DNA of 63,392 bases, counting the filler, from Octopus bimaculoides (lineage: Eukaryota), in NCBI RefSeq assembly GCF_001194135.2. It is 5 parts of 5 records of this genome, joined end to end, with 100 filler letters (N's around TTAATTAATTAA, not from the genome) between each part and the next. Parts side by side here need not be neighbours in the genome. Positions count along the whole stretch, not along the records: positions 9,339 to 24,863 come from NC_069007.1; 4 more parts are not named here. One strand, 5' to 3'. The notes below the pieces were generated by a model, which worked only from the letters and a program-made list of their open reading frames with translations, was not told the DNA's origin and did not search any database. The translations under genes were made by a program, and so were the position numbers. Every line of letters begins with the position of its first letter. Position 1 is the stretch's first letter. Below are positions 12,303 through 24,690 of this stretch, one piece after another.

Positions 12303-12389
12303 CTCCATTGTTCTGAATTCTATTTTCCATCCAGATTTCTCGTCAGGGAGTTTCAGTTTCAGGCTTTGCCAATTACTACCAATGACGGC
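12303..12389 (-). CDS. GCLC: GCLC-like exon (equivalent to exon 11)
   Basis: gttttaag|GCC GTC...ATG GAG|gtaaca; 87 nt; AVIGSNWQSLKLKLPDEKSGWKIEFRTME vs human [31 protein letters not shown]. Confidence 0.93.
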
Positions 12390-13551
12390 CTTAAAACAGA
12401 ATGTTAAACAAGGTTTTCCACTGATATAGAACATATACAACAATTTAATACAATATACTGTATTTATTTGTATGCAATATATAATCGCATATAATGCACA
12501 TTATTGGTTATGTAAATCAAAAGGCAACACCTCTCTTGCATAATAGACACTGGTTTTTCTATATATGAGAAATAAGTGTTTAGTCAGATTTATTATAATT
12601 GCTGCATCCTTAAATAAAGAAAAAGCNNNNNNNNNNNNNNNNNNNNNNNNNNNNNNNNNNNNNNNNNNNNNNNNNNNNNNNNNNNNNNNNNNNNNNNNNN
12701 NNNNNNNNNNNNNNNNNNNNNNNNNNNNNNNNNNNNNNNNNNNNNNNNNNNNNNNNNNNNNNNNNNNNNNNNNNNNNNNNNNNNNNNNNNNNNNNNNNNN
12801 NNNNNNNNNNNNNNNNNNNNNNNNNNNNNNNNNNNNNNNNNNNNNNNNNNNNNNNNNNNNNNNNNNNNNNNNNNNNNNNNNNNNNNNNNNNNNNNNNNNN
12901 NNNNNNNNNNNNNNNNNNNNNNNNNNNNNNNNNNNNNNNNNNNNNNNNNNNNNNNNNNNNNNNNNNNNNNNNNNNNNNNNNNNNNNNNNNNNNNNNNNNN
13001 NNNNNNNNNNNNNNNNNNNNNNNNNNNNNNNNNNNNNNNNNNNNNNNNNNNNNNNNNNNNNNNNNNNNNNNNNNNNNNNNNNNNNNNNNNNNNNNNNNNN
13101 NNNNNNNNNNNNNNNNNNNNNNNNNNNNNNNNNNNNNNNNNNNNNNNNNNNNNNNNNNNNNNNNNNNNNNNNNNNNNNNNNNNNNNNNNNNNNNNNNNNN
13201 NNNNNNNNNNNNNNNNNNNNNNNNNNNNNNNNNNNNNNNNNNNNNNNNNNNNNNNNNNNNNNNNNNNNNNNNNNNNNNNNNNNNNNNNNNNNNNNNNNNN
13301 NNNNNNNNNNNNNNNNNNNNNNNNNNNNNNNNNNNNNNNNNNNNNNNNNNNNNNNNNNNNNNNNNNNNNNNNNNNNNNNNNNNNNNNNNNNNNNNNNNNN
13401 NNNNNNNNNNNNNNNNCGACAGGCTTCTTTCAGTTTTCATTTTAAAAATCCACTCACAAGGGTTTGGTCGGTCTGAGGCCACAGCAGAAGACACTTGCCC
13501 AAAGTGCCACACAGTGGGACTGAAACCGGAACCATGTGGTTGGGAAGCAAG

Positions 13552-13585
<34 letters not shown>

Positions 13586-14578
13586 GGATTCTTTCATTTT
13601 CCATCTACGAAATCCACTCATAAGGCTTTGGTCGGCCCAAGGCTATAGTAGAAGATACTTGCCCAAGGTGTCACGCAGTGAGATTGAACTTGCAATCATG
13701 TGGTTGGGAAGCAAGCTTCTTACCACAGGACATCATTTTAAGATTAATTGCTCATTCATTTTTAGCATACTCGTTAAAATATGTCAAAACACCCATCAGA
13801 ACCTATACTTGTACAAAAGCTGCTTTTAGTGTCTTTTCTTATCCTCTTTTCCACTGTTGTCACCATTAACTGTTGAACTACATGTGAAATTTATGCTTCT
13901 CTACTTTTATGCTAAACATGTTACCCTTAAATATTGTTTTAGCCAATTATGTCTATGCATACAAGTCGGTCTTGGATTTCATGCAATGTATTAACCTGTC
14001 GGATTTTAACGACCTGTTAGTGATTAAGTCCTTAATCATCGTAGACTGTTTTCTTTGATATTTATACATCAGTTCTTTATATAAAGAGAATGCTATTTGT
14101 TGATAATTTAGGTGCTTATATTTTATCATTTACTTGTTTTAGTCATTGGACTGCAGACAAAGCCTGGTACTTACTCCGGTTATTTTTGCCAAACTGCTAG
14201 ATTACAAGGACGTAAAGAAACAAACATCGGTTGTCAAGCAATGATGGATACAAACATCAATAAAAAGACACACAATCACTCAAATATATATACATACAAA
14301 CACACACACACACGTACATGTGCACACACACACACAAGAATAGATAGACAGACAGATAGATACATGATATGCTTTCAGTTTTTGTCTATCTAAGCCACTC
14401 ACAAAGCTATAGTAGAAAACACTTGCACAAACTGCTACAGAGTGAGATTGAACCCAAGACCAAGCATTGAAGGCCCATAAAAGGAAAAAATTTATCCATT
14501 ATAGAATTAATTTCTGGCATCATAACTCCCATAGATTTATTTGTAAATTATCAAAAGAATTGAACAAATATATTTTAC

Positions 14579-14691
14579 CTGAATGTGATCCATATCATTC
14601 ATTATGTCTTGATTGATCTTCTCTTTGAATAAAACGATTGGGTCTCTGACCAGGAGTTGGGCAACGTATTTGGACATCATTTCATCAACAC
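14579..14691 (-). CDS. GCLC: GCLC-like exon (equivalent to exon 10)
   Basis: aatcag|GT GTT GAT...ATT CAG|gtaaaa; 113 nt; GVDEMMSKYVAQLLVRDPIVLFKEKINQDIMNDMDHIQ vs human [38 protein letters not shown]. Confidence 0.93.
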
Positions 14692-14939
14692 CTGATTAAT
14701 TATCAAATATTTTAATCAGTTTTAATAATTTATAAAATGGTTGCATACTTTTACGAGGAAACTGATTAACACAGGCAGACACTGGCAAGCATACACGCAC
14801 ACATACACATCCATGCACATACACATATGCACACACGCACGCAAACATGCACACACACATACACTGACAGGTGCACATACACACGCACGCACATACACAC
14901 ACACAAACACACACACATACACACACATGTACATCACAT

Positions 14940-15330
14940 ATCAGATGGAAGGATCCCAAAAGATCTCCTGTACAAGAGCACGAGGACGTCTGCAAGAGAG
15001 ATATGATGTCAATAGATTTGGATAACCTGATATGGGAGGAGGTCGCAAATGTTTGCCCACGCTGGAGGCAAATACTGCGAAAGGGGATGAAGTGAGGGGA
15101 AGAAAAACAGGAACTTGCAGTCAAAGAAAACCACACTCGACGGAAGAAAAAACCAGTAGCACCGGCAGAGAGCTCCTTCAAATGCAGTTGCTGTATGCAT
15201 GGCTGTCACTCCTGTGTGGGCCTCTACAGCCACAACAGACGCTGCGCCACCATCAGCAGCTGACACAATTTCTTTGGGTGCAGATTCATGGCTTCGCGAG
15301 ACAGACAACTGCATACTACAAATGCACACA
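14940..15330 (+). mobile_element. RTE-clade LINE 3' fragment
   Basis: HEDVCKRDMMSIDLDNLIWEEVANVCPRWRQILRKG, followed by a C/H-rich tail (CHSCVGLYSHNRRC). Confidence 0.75.
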
Positions 15331-15530
15331 CATACACGCACACCCACACATATGCACGCGCATGATCTTTTATTCCAGTCTCCATCATTGGGTTTGTAGC
15401 CAGAATAAGTTATTGCCTTCAAGTCAATCGGTTTACCAAAAGAGTTACGTCCCCTGTACAGAATTACCTACCTTCGTAAAGCACTGTAGTTGTAATTATC
15501 AATTTAAAACATCTATGCTGTTATACACAT

Positions 15531-15813
15531 GGAGGCGCAATGGCCCAGTGGTTAGGGCAACGGACTCGCGGTCATAGGATCGCGGTTTTGATTCCCAGAC
15601 CGGGCTTTGTGAGTGTTTATTGAGCGAAAACACCTAAAGCTCGAAAAGGCTCCGGCAGGGGATGGTGGCGAAACCCCGCTGTACTCTTTCACTACAACTT
15701 TCTCTCACTCTTTCTTCCTGTTTCTGTTGTGCCTGTAATACAAAGGGTCAGCCTTGTCACACTCTGTGTCACTCTGAATATCCCCGAGAACTACGTTAAG
15801 GGGTACATGTGTC
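15531..15813 (+). mobile_element. tRNA-derived SINE, family 1 (ggaggcgcaatggcccagtggttagg head)
   Basis: tRNA-like A box (TGGCCCAGTGG) and B box-like segment; same body recurs at 33306-33666, 39580-39936 and 62075-62990. Confidence 0.85.
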
Positions 15814-16888
15814 NNNNNNNNNNTCATTTTTCTTCCTTTCTCTCCCCCTCTCTCACATTTCTTGGCCCTCTCTTTCTTTAATTCCCACTATTTCCCATTT
15901 GTTTATCTCCCCTGCGCCTTTCCCTTTGTCTGATATTTTTCTAATCCTCCAATCCTGCTGTCCCCTGCCCATCTCTCCTCCTTCCACGTAACCGGTGTCC
16001 GGCCAGCCTTGATCTTTCTTTCTTGGCCTGATTGCCAACTGTCAACACGTCTTGTGTCCATCTCCTATGTTCCTGCCTTTAGGCTTTTACTTCATACACG
16101 CCAGCTCAATCGGAATTGTTCTCAGTCAAAAGACGCCTGTTGTTATTTCTTGTTGTAATCGTAATTGTGTACCATGTTCTCCGATTTTTATCTTTTTTTT
16201 TTTCGTCTCTGTTGCCGTACACATTCGCTAGCTTTCTTACAAAGGAGTCTAATGCTTTTAGCTTGGACATTTTGGGGGACAACCAGATCGAACCATCTCA
16301 AGTGTAACTGTCTGAAATAGTCATGACTTCTGGTACTTGACTGATGAAAGAAAGCCAAAAATGACTCATCTTTCTTTGCCTGTCCTTCTAATTGTTGTTT
16401 TTCTTGTCCACCTTTGTGTCATCCATCTGTCCGAACGTTTTAATGCCCTCTATTGCGTTTTTGTTCCATTTATATATATATATATATACATACAATTAAC
16501 TAGAAAGTTGTATTTATTATTTTTCATCAGCCTGTTTACAACCTGTGCTGAAGGAGAAATAAGGTGGCTTTTGGTGCCATTTGGTATCTTTCTCTAGCAT
16601 GTTGGAACGGATAATCCGATCCCTTTAATATGATTATGTATATACTAAATTTAGTATATAAAATTACCTGCAAGGTTTTTATTTCACGCTGACTACTTGA
16701 CAAAATCATTAAAGTGATTTTATCCTTATGTCTCTAAAAAATATAAATATACAAGCAATATTTTACTTTTATTCTGGTCTCCATCAATGAGTTAAAGCCA
16801 GAATATGTTACTACTTTCCAGTCAATTAGTTTACCTACAAATTTATGTCCCCTGTACAGAGTTACCTACCTTCACAGCTGTAACTAAC

Positions 16889-16932
<44 letters not shown>

Positions 16933-17399
16933 AAATATTCATATACACGCATTCATTCGACTATAAGACCCCCAACTCCTCTCCATTCCCCTTCCCCTTT
17001 ATATAATCATTCTATTCTTCTAAGCACCCATTACACTCTCGGAGTGGTTGGCATTAAGAAGGGGATCCAGCAGTAGAAAACCATCCCAAATGAGACTGGA
17101 GTCTGGTGCAGCCTTCCAGCCTATCAGCCCTGGTCAAACCGTCCAGCCAATGCCAGCATGGACAATGGACGCTAAATGATGATGATGATGATGATGTAGG
17201 TCTTGTCCTATTAATTTCCCTCAACACCCCAATTTCTTGCTCCTCAAACTCTTTCCTGGTTCTCTTTCATCCCTTGTCTCCCACCCATCTCTCTACCCCT
17301 CTCCTCTCCCTTACTCCTAATCTTGCACCTTCTTTTTTTCCTCACCTCGCTCCTTTTCTTTCGCACTGTCTCCCTGAATATAACAAAAGTTGTGTATGA

Positions 17400-17403
17400 G
17401 AGA

Positions 17404-17468
<65 letters not shown>
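17400..17468. repeat. (GA)n microsatellite
   Basis: Directly visible. Confidence 0.95.
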
Positions 17469-17472
<4 letters not shown>

Positions 17473-18079
17473 TGTTCTATTTCTCTTAGAAATAAAAATG
17501 CTACTTCCACAATCTCAATAATCTACTCTTCTCATGGCATACAAGCTTATCCAAATCCAGAAACTTCCCTATGAAAACATAGGACAGGTGACGTATTTTG
17601 TAAAAATTCTATAAAATTTGAACACATTGTCGATTATCTCAAACAAAATTATAAATTTTTGGAATGATTCTTAAAACTAGACACAGAATATAGAAGAGTT
17701 GTATAATAGCCCTGAATTATTGGAATGGCGGTTGTTCTTGTATGGCAAGTGATTTGATCTAAAGATTGTGCTGAAACTACAATACTCATATGCCAACCAT
17801 TCATAAAGAGGCAAAGACCCCCTTCGATCATGAATGACCATAGGAATACACCTAGAAAATACCCCTCCAAGGCACAAGTCTGGGCAAGGTGGTTTGAGGA
17901 AGACTATATAAATAAAGTGTCTTGCTCAAAAACACAACACACAGCCTGGTCCAGGAATTGAACTCACTTCCTCATGATTGTGAGCCCAGTGCTCTAACCA
18001 CTTAGCCATGCACAATCTACTGTCCATATATATATGTATATATTATGCATACATACGTACATACATACATATAGAGTAA

Positions 18080-18415
18080 AGACCCACTTCGGTTATGAAT
18101 GACCATGGTATTGCACCTAGAAAGTTACTCTCTGAGGCACAAGTCTGGACATGGTCTTTTTTTATGGAAGACCAGCAGTCGCCAATGCATACCAGCTCCC
18201 ACTCTCCAGGCCACCGATATTATCCAAGGGAAAAGCAGAGGGATCCAATACAGCTTGGCACCAGTGACATCACAACTCATTTCTACAGCTGAGTGAACTG
18301 GAGCAACATGAAATAAATGTCTTGCTCTAGAACACAACACGCAACCCGGTCTGGGAATTGAACTCACTACTTCAAGATTGCAGCCAGATGCTCTAACCAC
18401 TGAGCCATGTGCCTT
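18080..18415 (-). mobile_element. tRNA-derived CORE-like SINE, family 4
   Basis: tggctcagtggttagagc head and gagcaagac...gttgctccagttcactcagctg body; related copies near 17800-18010(-), 48690-48850(+), 55730-55930(-). Confidence 0.7.
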
Positions 18416-18752
18416 CAAATTTTAGAGAAACTGTTTTTAACTTCACTAAGTCATTTATTATTGAGTGCCAAAATCTTCATCACTGACCAGGTTACAAACA
18501 ACACAATGAAAATTTTGATACCAAGTAGTAAATGGGTGAATGAAGTTAATAGTTTCTGTGAATTTTTTAATGGTTAACAGAAGTCATGGATGCCGTAACT
18601 GTTTAATGAATTAAATTATGATTAAATATTTACAACACAGTAGCAAAGTAAAAGGAACTGTGTTAATTAATTCTGAGAACTGGTCAATGATAATATTTTT
18701 ATATAAAATGAATTAAGAATTATTTTTATGTTTTTAGAGAATTTCTAAATAC

Positions 18753-18891
18753 CTTCAGCTTTCAGTAATTCATACTGCTCACGGTCATAACTGAAATCAT
18801 AATCATTATAAAATTGGTCGCTCACAGAGAGATAACTGCTTACTGTATCAAAACGGGATTTCTTCATCAAAATGTTACCGTTTGTCAAAGG
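18753..18891 (-). CDS. GCLC: GCLC-like exon (equivalent to exon 9)
   Basis: ccttttag|CCT TTG...GAA G|gtattt; 139 nt; PLTNGNILMKKSRFDTVSSYLSVSDQFYNDYDFSYDREQYELLKAE vs human PLKNNNYRISKSRYDSIDSYLSKCGEKYNDIDLTIDKEIYEQLLQE. Confidence 0.93.
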
Positions 18892-19339
18892 CTAAAAGGA
18901 GAAGATATAAAGTCAAAACAACTCAAAGTTCCAAGAATAAGCTGCTGTTTTTGACATGAAGAGAAGATATTATTAAGTAAGAATGATGGCACAAAAGCAC
19001 AAAGATATGCTACTATTTATGACATGGAAACAATATATTTGTCCACTTCTCACAAAAGAAATTGAAATAACTGAAAAATTAGTTAAATATTCTCAAAAAT
19101 ACTTCCTGACGAGACATATCTATTCTGGAAGCACACATCACTAACAAGTGGAAAATAGTATATTGTTACCATTTAGTGGGGACTGGAAGGTAGAGCAGCT
19201 AGAGACTCTTAGTTAAAACCCAATCTTGTGAATCCTGCCGAATATTTACAGGCAATTAAAGACATCTTAATTAAAGATGTCTTAATAAAAGACATCTTAA
19301 TAAAAGACGTCTTAAAAGACACCTTAAAAGACATCTCTA

Positions 19340-19660
19340 GTCTGGTGACATGTAAAAGCACCATTTGAATGTTGTCGATGCCAGTGCCCCCTGAGTTACT
19401 CCCATGCCAGTGACACATAAAAAGCACCATCCAAATGTGGTCGATGCCAGTGCTGCCTGACTGGCTCCGAAGCCGGTGGCATGTAAAAAGCACCCACTAC
19501 ACTCTCAGAGTGGTTGGCATTAGCAAGGGCATCCAGCTGTAGAAACCTTGCCAGATCAGACTGGAGCCTGGTGCAGCCTGCTGACTTGCCAGTCCTCTGT
19601 CAAACCGTCCAACCCATACCAGCATGGAAAAACAGACATTAAACGATGATAATGATGAGG
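19340..19660 (+). mobile_element. SINE/LINE-tail repeat ending in (GAT)n
   Basis: gagtggttggcatta...gggcatccagc...gtcaaaccgtccaaccc...ttaaacgatgat; copies at 17030-17195 and 20864-20905. Confidence 0.7.
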
Positions 19661-19763
19661 ATGATAATTTTAAATGACTTTTACTAAGCAGTTAGGGAGG
19701 ATATTTTTATGTATTTCTTTCACAGTTTTTATTTTACAGTGAAGTAGATATATTGAAACTTAC

Positions 19764-19880
19764 TTCTAAACCCAGTTCTTGTCTGGTACGGTCATCACAA
19801 GACTGAGAAATAGCACACCAACGACAGTCTGTATCAGACAAAAGTCCTCGATAAACTGGAGCAGCTGCTGTTAGAGCTAA
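19764..19880 (-). CDS. GCLC: GCLC-like exon (equivalent to exon 8)
   Basis: tttccag|TTA GCT...TTA GAA|gtaagt; 117 nt; [39 protein letters not shown] vs human [39 protein letters not shown]. Confidence 0.95.
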
Positions 19881-20297
19881 CTGGAAATTGAAATTCTTAA
19901 AATTCATTCATTAAAGATTACATGAAACACCATAAAACAATGTATAATAAGCAATTAAAGATAAAAATGAAATTTTAAACTTAGAGGTGTGTATAATGGT
20001 TTCTGCTTTAGGCATAAGGCAAAGAATCTTGATGGCAGAATGTCTGATACAATCAATGTCTGTTATTTTTATACCATCAACCCAGAATTGATAACTGGCA
20101 AACTTGACCTTGATGATATTCGAACTCAAAAAAAACAAAATACTAGAAGGAATACAACAGGGAATTTCTTCCGATGCTTTAATGATCCTACCTTTGGAGT
20201 TAGAATTAATGTAACACAATATTTTCTCTATAAATCTATAGAAAGAAGTTATTACATAATCTACATCTAATACTATGAGGAATAGATGGGATAATAT

Positions 20298-20336
<39 letters not shown>

Positions 20337-21709
20337 NNNNNNNNNNNNNNNNNNNNNNNNNNNNNNNNNNNNNNNNNNNNNNNNNNNNNNNNNNNNNNNN
20401 NNNNNNNNNNNNNNNNNNNNNNNNNNNNNNNNNNNNNNNNNNNNNNNNNNNNNNNNNNNNNNNNNNNNNNNNNNNNNNNNNNNNNNNNNNNNNNNNNNNN
20501 NNNNNNNNNNNNNNNNNNNNNNNNNNNNNNNNNNNNNNNNNNNNNNNNNNNNNNNNNNNNNNNNNNNNNNNNNNNNNNNNNNNNNNNNNNNNNNNNNNNN
20601 NNNNNNNNNNNNNNNNNNNNNNNNNNNNNNNNNNNNNNNNNNNNNNNNNNNNNNNNNNNNNNNNNNNNNNNNNNNNNNNNNNNNNNNNNNNNNNNNNNNN
20701 NNNNNNNNNNNNNNNNNNNNNNNNNNNNNNNNNNNNNNNNNNNNNNNNNNNNNNNNNNNNNNNNNNNNNNNNNNNNNNNNNNNNNNNNNNNNNNNNNNNN
20801 NNNNNNNNNNNNNNNNNNNNNNNNNNNNNNNNNNNNNNNNNNNNNNNNNNNNNNNNNNNNNNNGCTAGCATGGAAAGCGGACGTTAAACGATGATGATGA
20901 TGATGAAATATATCCCACTCTGTTTATGTCTCTCTCTCTCTCTCTCTTTCCCACTCTATTTCTGTCTCTGTCTCTCTGTCTCTGTCTCTCCCATTCTGTT
21001 TATGCTGTTTATGTCTCTCTCTCACCCTCTCTCTCTTTCTCTCCCTCTCTGTTGAGCATATTTCTCTTTATGTCTATGAAGAGTTCAGTTGATAAATTTT
21101 AATGTCTCTCCCTCACCCTCTCTTTCTCTATTCTTCCTATCTGTTTATAGTTCTGCACACACCAAAAAGTATTGTTGACAAAACAAACTGAATACCCAGT
21201 CAGTTGTGCCAAATTGTCTCATTATTTTCATACAACACAGTGTGTTATATATTCTATAATAAAGTTTAAAGACAGTTTAAGTTTGTATGTGCAGTGCAAT
21301 TTGAAACTTAAATTGCTTGAAAAATAACCAGTATTTAAGCACTTCATGTTTATTCCCATTTATGTTATTTTCTTCGTATCATTTGGTATGAAAACGTATT
21401 TTGTGCATGTCACAAAATACATATGGAAGCAAAACAAAACAAATGTTTTGTTTATCAATTATTTAGTTACACTATTTTACGTACACTTCATTAACAAAGA
21501 ATGATCGTTAATTACAGTGTGTAAATTACATAATCAAAATGCATTCTTAATTCTTCAGAAACATGTAGCCTTTACATATAACATTATTGGTTGTAGTTGG
21601 TGCTTATCCCTTTGCCGTTCAATAATCCAATAATGTTACGAATAAGGTTTGATGATTAGATAATACATTTTGAAAATAGAAATATTATTATTTCTAAATC
21701 TCTCTAATG

Positions 21710-22006
21710 CAGGGGTTTTCAAACTGTAGTCCGCGGACCACAGGGGGTCCGCAAGGACAAGACAGGGGGTCCGTGGACAGCAAATACTTTTTATGGGCAA
21801 TTTGATTTTATATATGGTTTTTAATCGAAATCTTTTAATTGACAATAAACCTATTTGTTAAAAACTGTTAAATAAATAAATGTAAAAATATATGTTATTT
21901 TAAGCAAATATTTATGTATAAATTTCATAAGCGTTTATAAGGGAGTCCCTAAGGTAAAGCCTGAAATATAAAGGGGTCCGCAAGTCAAAAAGTTTGAAAA
22001 CCCCTG
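21710..22006. mobile_element. hAT-type MITE (297 bp)
   Basis: TIRs CAGGGGTTTTCAAACT / AGTTTGAAAACCCCTG; 8-bp target duplication ctctaatg / ctctaaag (7/8 match). Confidence 0.88.
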
Positions 22007-23175
22007 CTCTAAAGGATACTACGGCAGCAGTCCATTACAACCTTCAAACAAGAGAGGGCATCAGCTTCCCCATGCTGGTTCAAGTGTCAACAGACTAGTT
22101 TCAGAGTATTTGCCCTTTATCAATGTGGAGTAGCCAAACCCAGCAGGTGTCACTGTTGACTGTTTGAAGGTTTATATATATTCAGTGGAACACATCTACA
22201 GGTTTTCAAAACTAAAAATATTGTTATTTCTAAATCTTTCTAAAAGAGACTATGACAGCAGTACTGGGTATTAATAGTTATCGCCAAGCTAACATGGCAG
22301 TCCAGAAAAATAGGACAAATGCTGCCGTTGATTAGTTCCAAGAGGCCATTGCCTAGCGATGCGTGCTGGATTTGGCTACTCCACATTGATAAGGGGCAAA
22401 TATCTCGAAACTAGTCTCTGGATGCTTGATCCAGCATAGGAAAGCTGATGACCTCTCCTGTTTGAAGGTTGTAATGGACACAGATTCGTGTGTCACATAG
22501 CTAGCTAGAGGCGATGGCTTCTTGGAGCTAATCAACAGCAGCATTCGTCCCACTTTTCTGGACTGCCATGTTAGCTTGACGATAACTGTTAATACATTTT
22601 GATTGTGCAGCAAATAATCGTTCTTTGTTAATGAAGCATACGTAAGGTGGTGTAGCCAAATATCTTATAAGCAATCACATGACTCATGCTTTGTTTGTGT
22701 GTGTGTATGTGTGTGTGTGTGTGTCTTGACAGTCTACTCTGTGTGTGTGCATGTGTTTCTCTGTGTGTGTGTGTGTGTGTGTGCGTGCATGCACATGTGT
22801 ATGTTGACAGTCTACTTTATGGTCACATTATGTTGTTTGACTGTGTAGTTTGACAGTGTAGTCAATGTTGATAATATAACGACTGTTAAAAGTATTTAGC
22901 TGTTGGCAGTATGTATGGTATATGTTGGCAATATATATAAACAGTATAGTTTATGCTGATATTCTAGTTTATACTGACAGTATAATATTTGTTAACAGTG
23001 CAACATATTTTGTAGGGCGGTCTATATTGACAGAATATGTTAATAATGTACAGTTAAATGCCTGGTTTAGAATAGTTAACAATGTAGTATTCTATTAAAC
23101 TTCAGAATCTAAGCTCTACTGAAAATATGATTTCTGTTGATATCTTAACAAAAGGATAAATAAAGTTATACCTAC

Positions 23176-23393
23176 CATTATTGGAGTAAGAGGTACCAGA
23201 TTGTCATAGAGATAAGCAGCTTCTTTTATATCGGCAGCTTGAAATGTAACTTGAAGAGAACAACAACCACCCCCAAACGTGAAGGAATCCATGTAAATAT
23301 GGCCTGGTTTCAAATTTTTCTTCATTTCTTTATTGTCTCCATATTCAGACAAATCTTCTCCATATGGCATCATGGTATTTTTATCTTTATAAA
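23176..23393 (-). CDS. GCLC: GCLC-like exon (equivalent to vertebrate exons 6+7)
   Basis: tttcag|TT TAT AAA...ATA ATG|gtaggt; 218 nt; YKDKNTMMPYGEDLSEYGDNKEMKKNLKPGHIYMDSFTFGGGCCSLQVTFQAADIKEAAYLYDNLVPLTPIM vs human FKDKNTP...[25 protein letters not shown]...ARYLYDQLATICPIV. Confidence 0.95.
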
Positions 23394-23887
23394 CTGAAAC
23401 AAGAATTTTTTTTTTTTTTTTGAGACAAAATCAATTACAAAATAAGCTAAACGATATTTTGAAGAAGTATCTTGTTTTGCATAAATTAACATATCTAATT
23501 ACATTATCATGTTGCTTAGAAAAAAAATTAAGAAATATATTTCAAGGAAATTATGGTTTGAGCAAAAGATCTGAAATTTTGGCACTGTGTATACATAATA
23601 CTAAATATCTTTTGTGTAAGTACCAGCCCCTTTGAATATATATCCTTCAGCTGTAAGGATATGTGCACCATGGGCTGAAAACCAATCCGACATCCCATTG
23701 TTTCATCAGAGTCTTAACATGAAGTATTTCTTTATACAAGAAATTGTTGAAATAACTGGAACATTTTCACAATAGTAGCGTGATGATAATCATTTAAGGG
23801 TTGTTACCAAGTTTGTAGAATCATTTATATGTTTATGTTGTGATGTCTTATAAGAAACAGAAGCTATTTTATGGTCAGTATACTCAC

Positions 23888-23946
23888 GTGGTACATTGAC
23901 TGCAGTTCTTTCTTTCCTTCTGTACATCATATTTTTAATTCGATCT
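23888..23946 (-). CDS. GCLC: GCLC-like exon (equivalent to vertebrate exon 5)
   Basis: ttttcccaatcaag|A GAT CGA...GTA CCA C|gtgagt; 59 nt; encodes (R)DRIKNMMYRRKERTAVNVP(L), aligning to human STLTRNIRHRRGEKVVINVPI; length and phases match recalled human exon 5. Confidence 0.85.
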
Positions 23947-24179
23947 CTTGATTGGGAAAATATGAAATATTTAATACGTGAAAATATTACAATTTTGAAG
24001 ACAGGGGTTCCATTTTAATACTTTTTGATAAAAACCCTGGCTGCAATCTCTACCCATTCTATCATACAAAACAGCTCTATTAATCTTTAGTCTTTCTTAC
24101 ATAAGACAAACAGTTCGGATATTCTCAGTTTTGAAACACTACTTTGTAATAAAGTACTCAATATATTTTTATATAGAGA

Positions 24180-24414
24180 GTTGTATGTATATATATATAT
24201 ATATCGTCGTCGTCGTCGTCGTCGTTTAACGTCCGCTTACATACATACATGTATGTATGTGTATATATATGCGTATATATGTATGTATATATATATACAT
24301 ATATGTACATATATATATATACACTCACACATACATGTATGTGTATATATATATGTATATATATACATATATGTATATATATGCGTATATATATATATAT
24401 ATGTATGCATATAT

Positions 24415-24495
<81 letters not shown>

Positions 24496-24625
24496 TATAT
24501 ATATATATATATATGAACACATATATACATATATGTATGCATATATATATATACATGCATCTATGTATATATATACATAGATATCATATATATATATATG
24601 TATATATATATACATACGTATCTAC

Positions 24626-24673
<48 letters not shown>

Positions 24674-24690
24674 ATATATATATATATTTA
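24180..24690. repeat. Compound (TA)n/(TATG)n/(TATC)n microsatellite
   Basis: Directly visible; source of several spurious ORFs. Confidence 0.95.

Noticed and set aside
15531-15610. tRNA-like sequences at SINE heads
   Set aside because: They continue into SINE bodies and lack a proper acceptor stem, so they are not called as tRNA genes.
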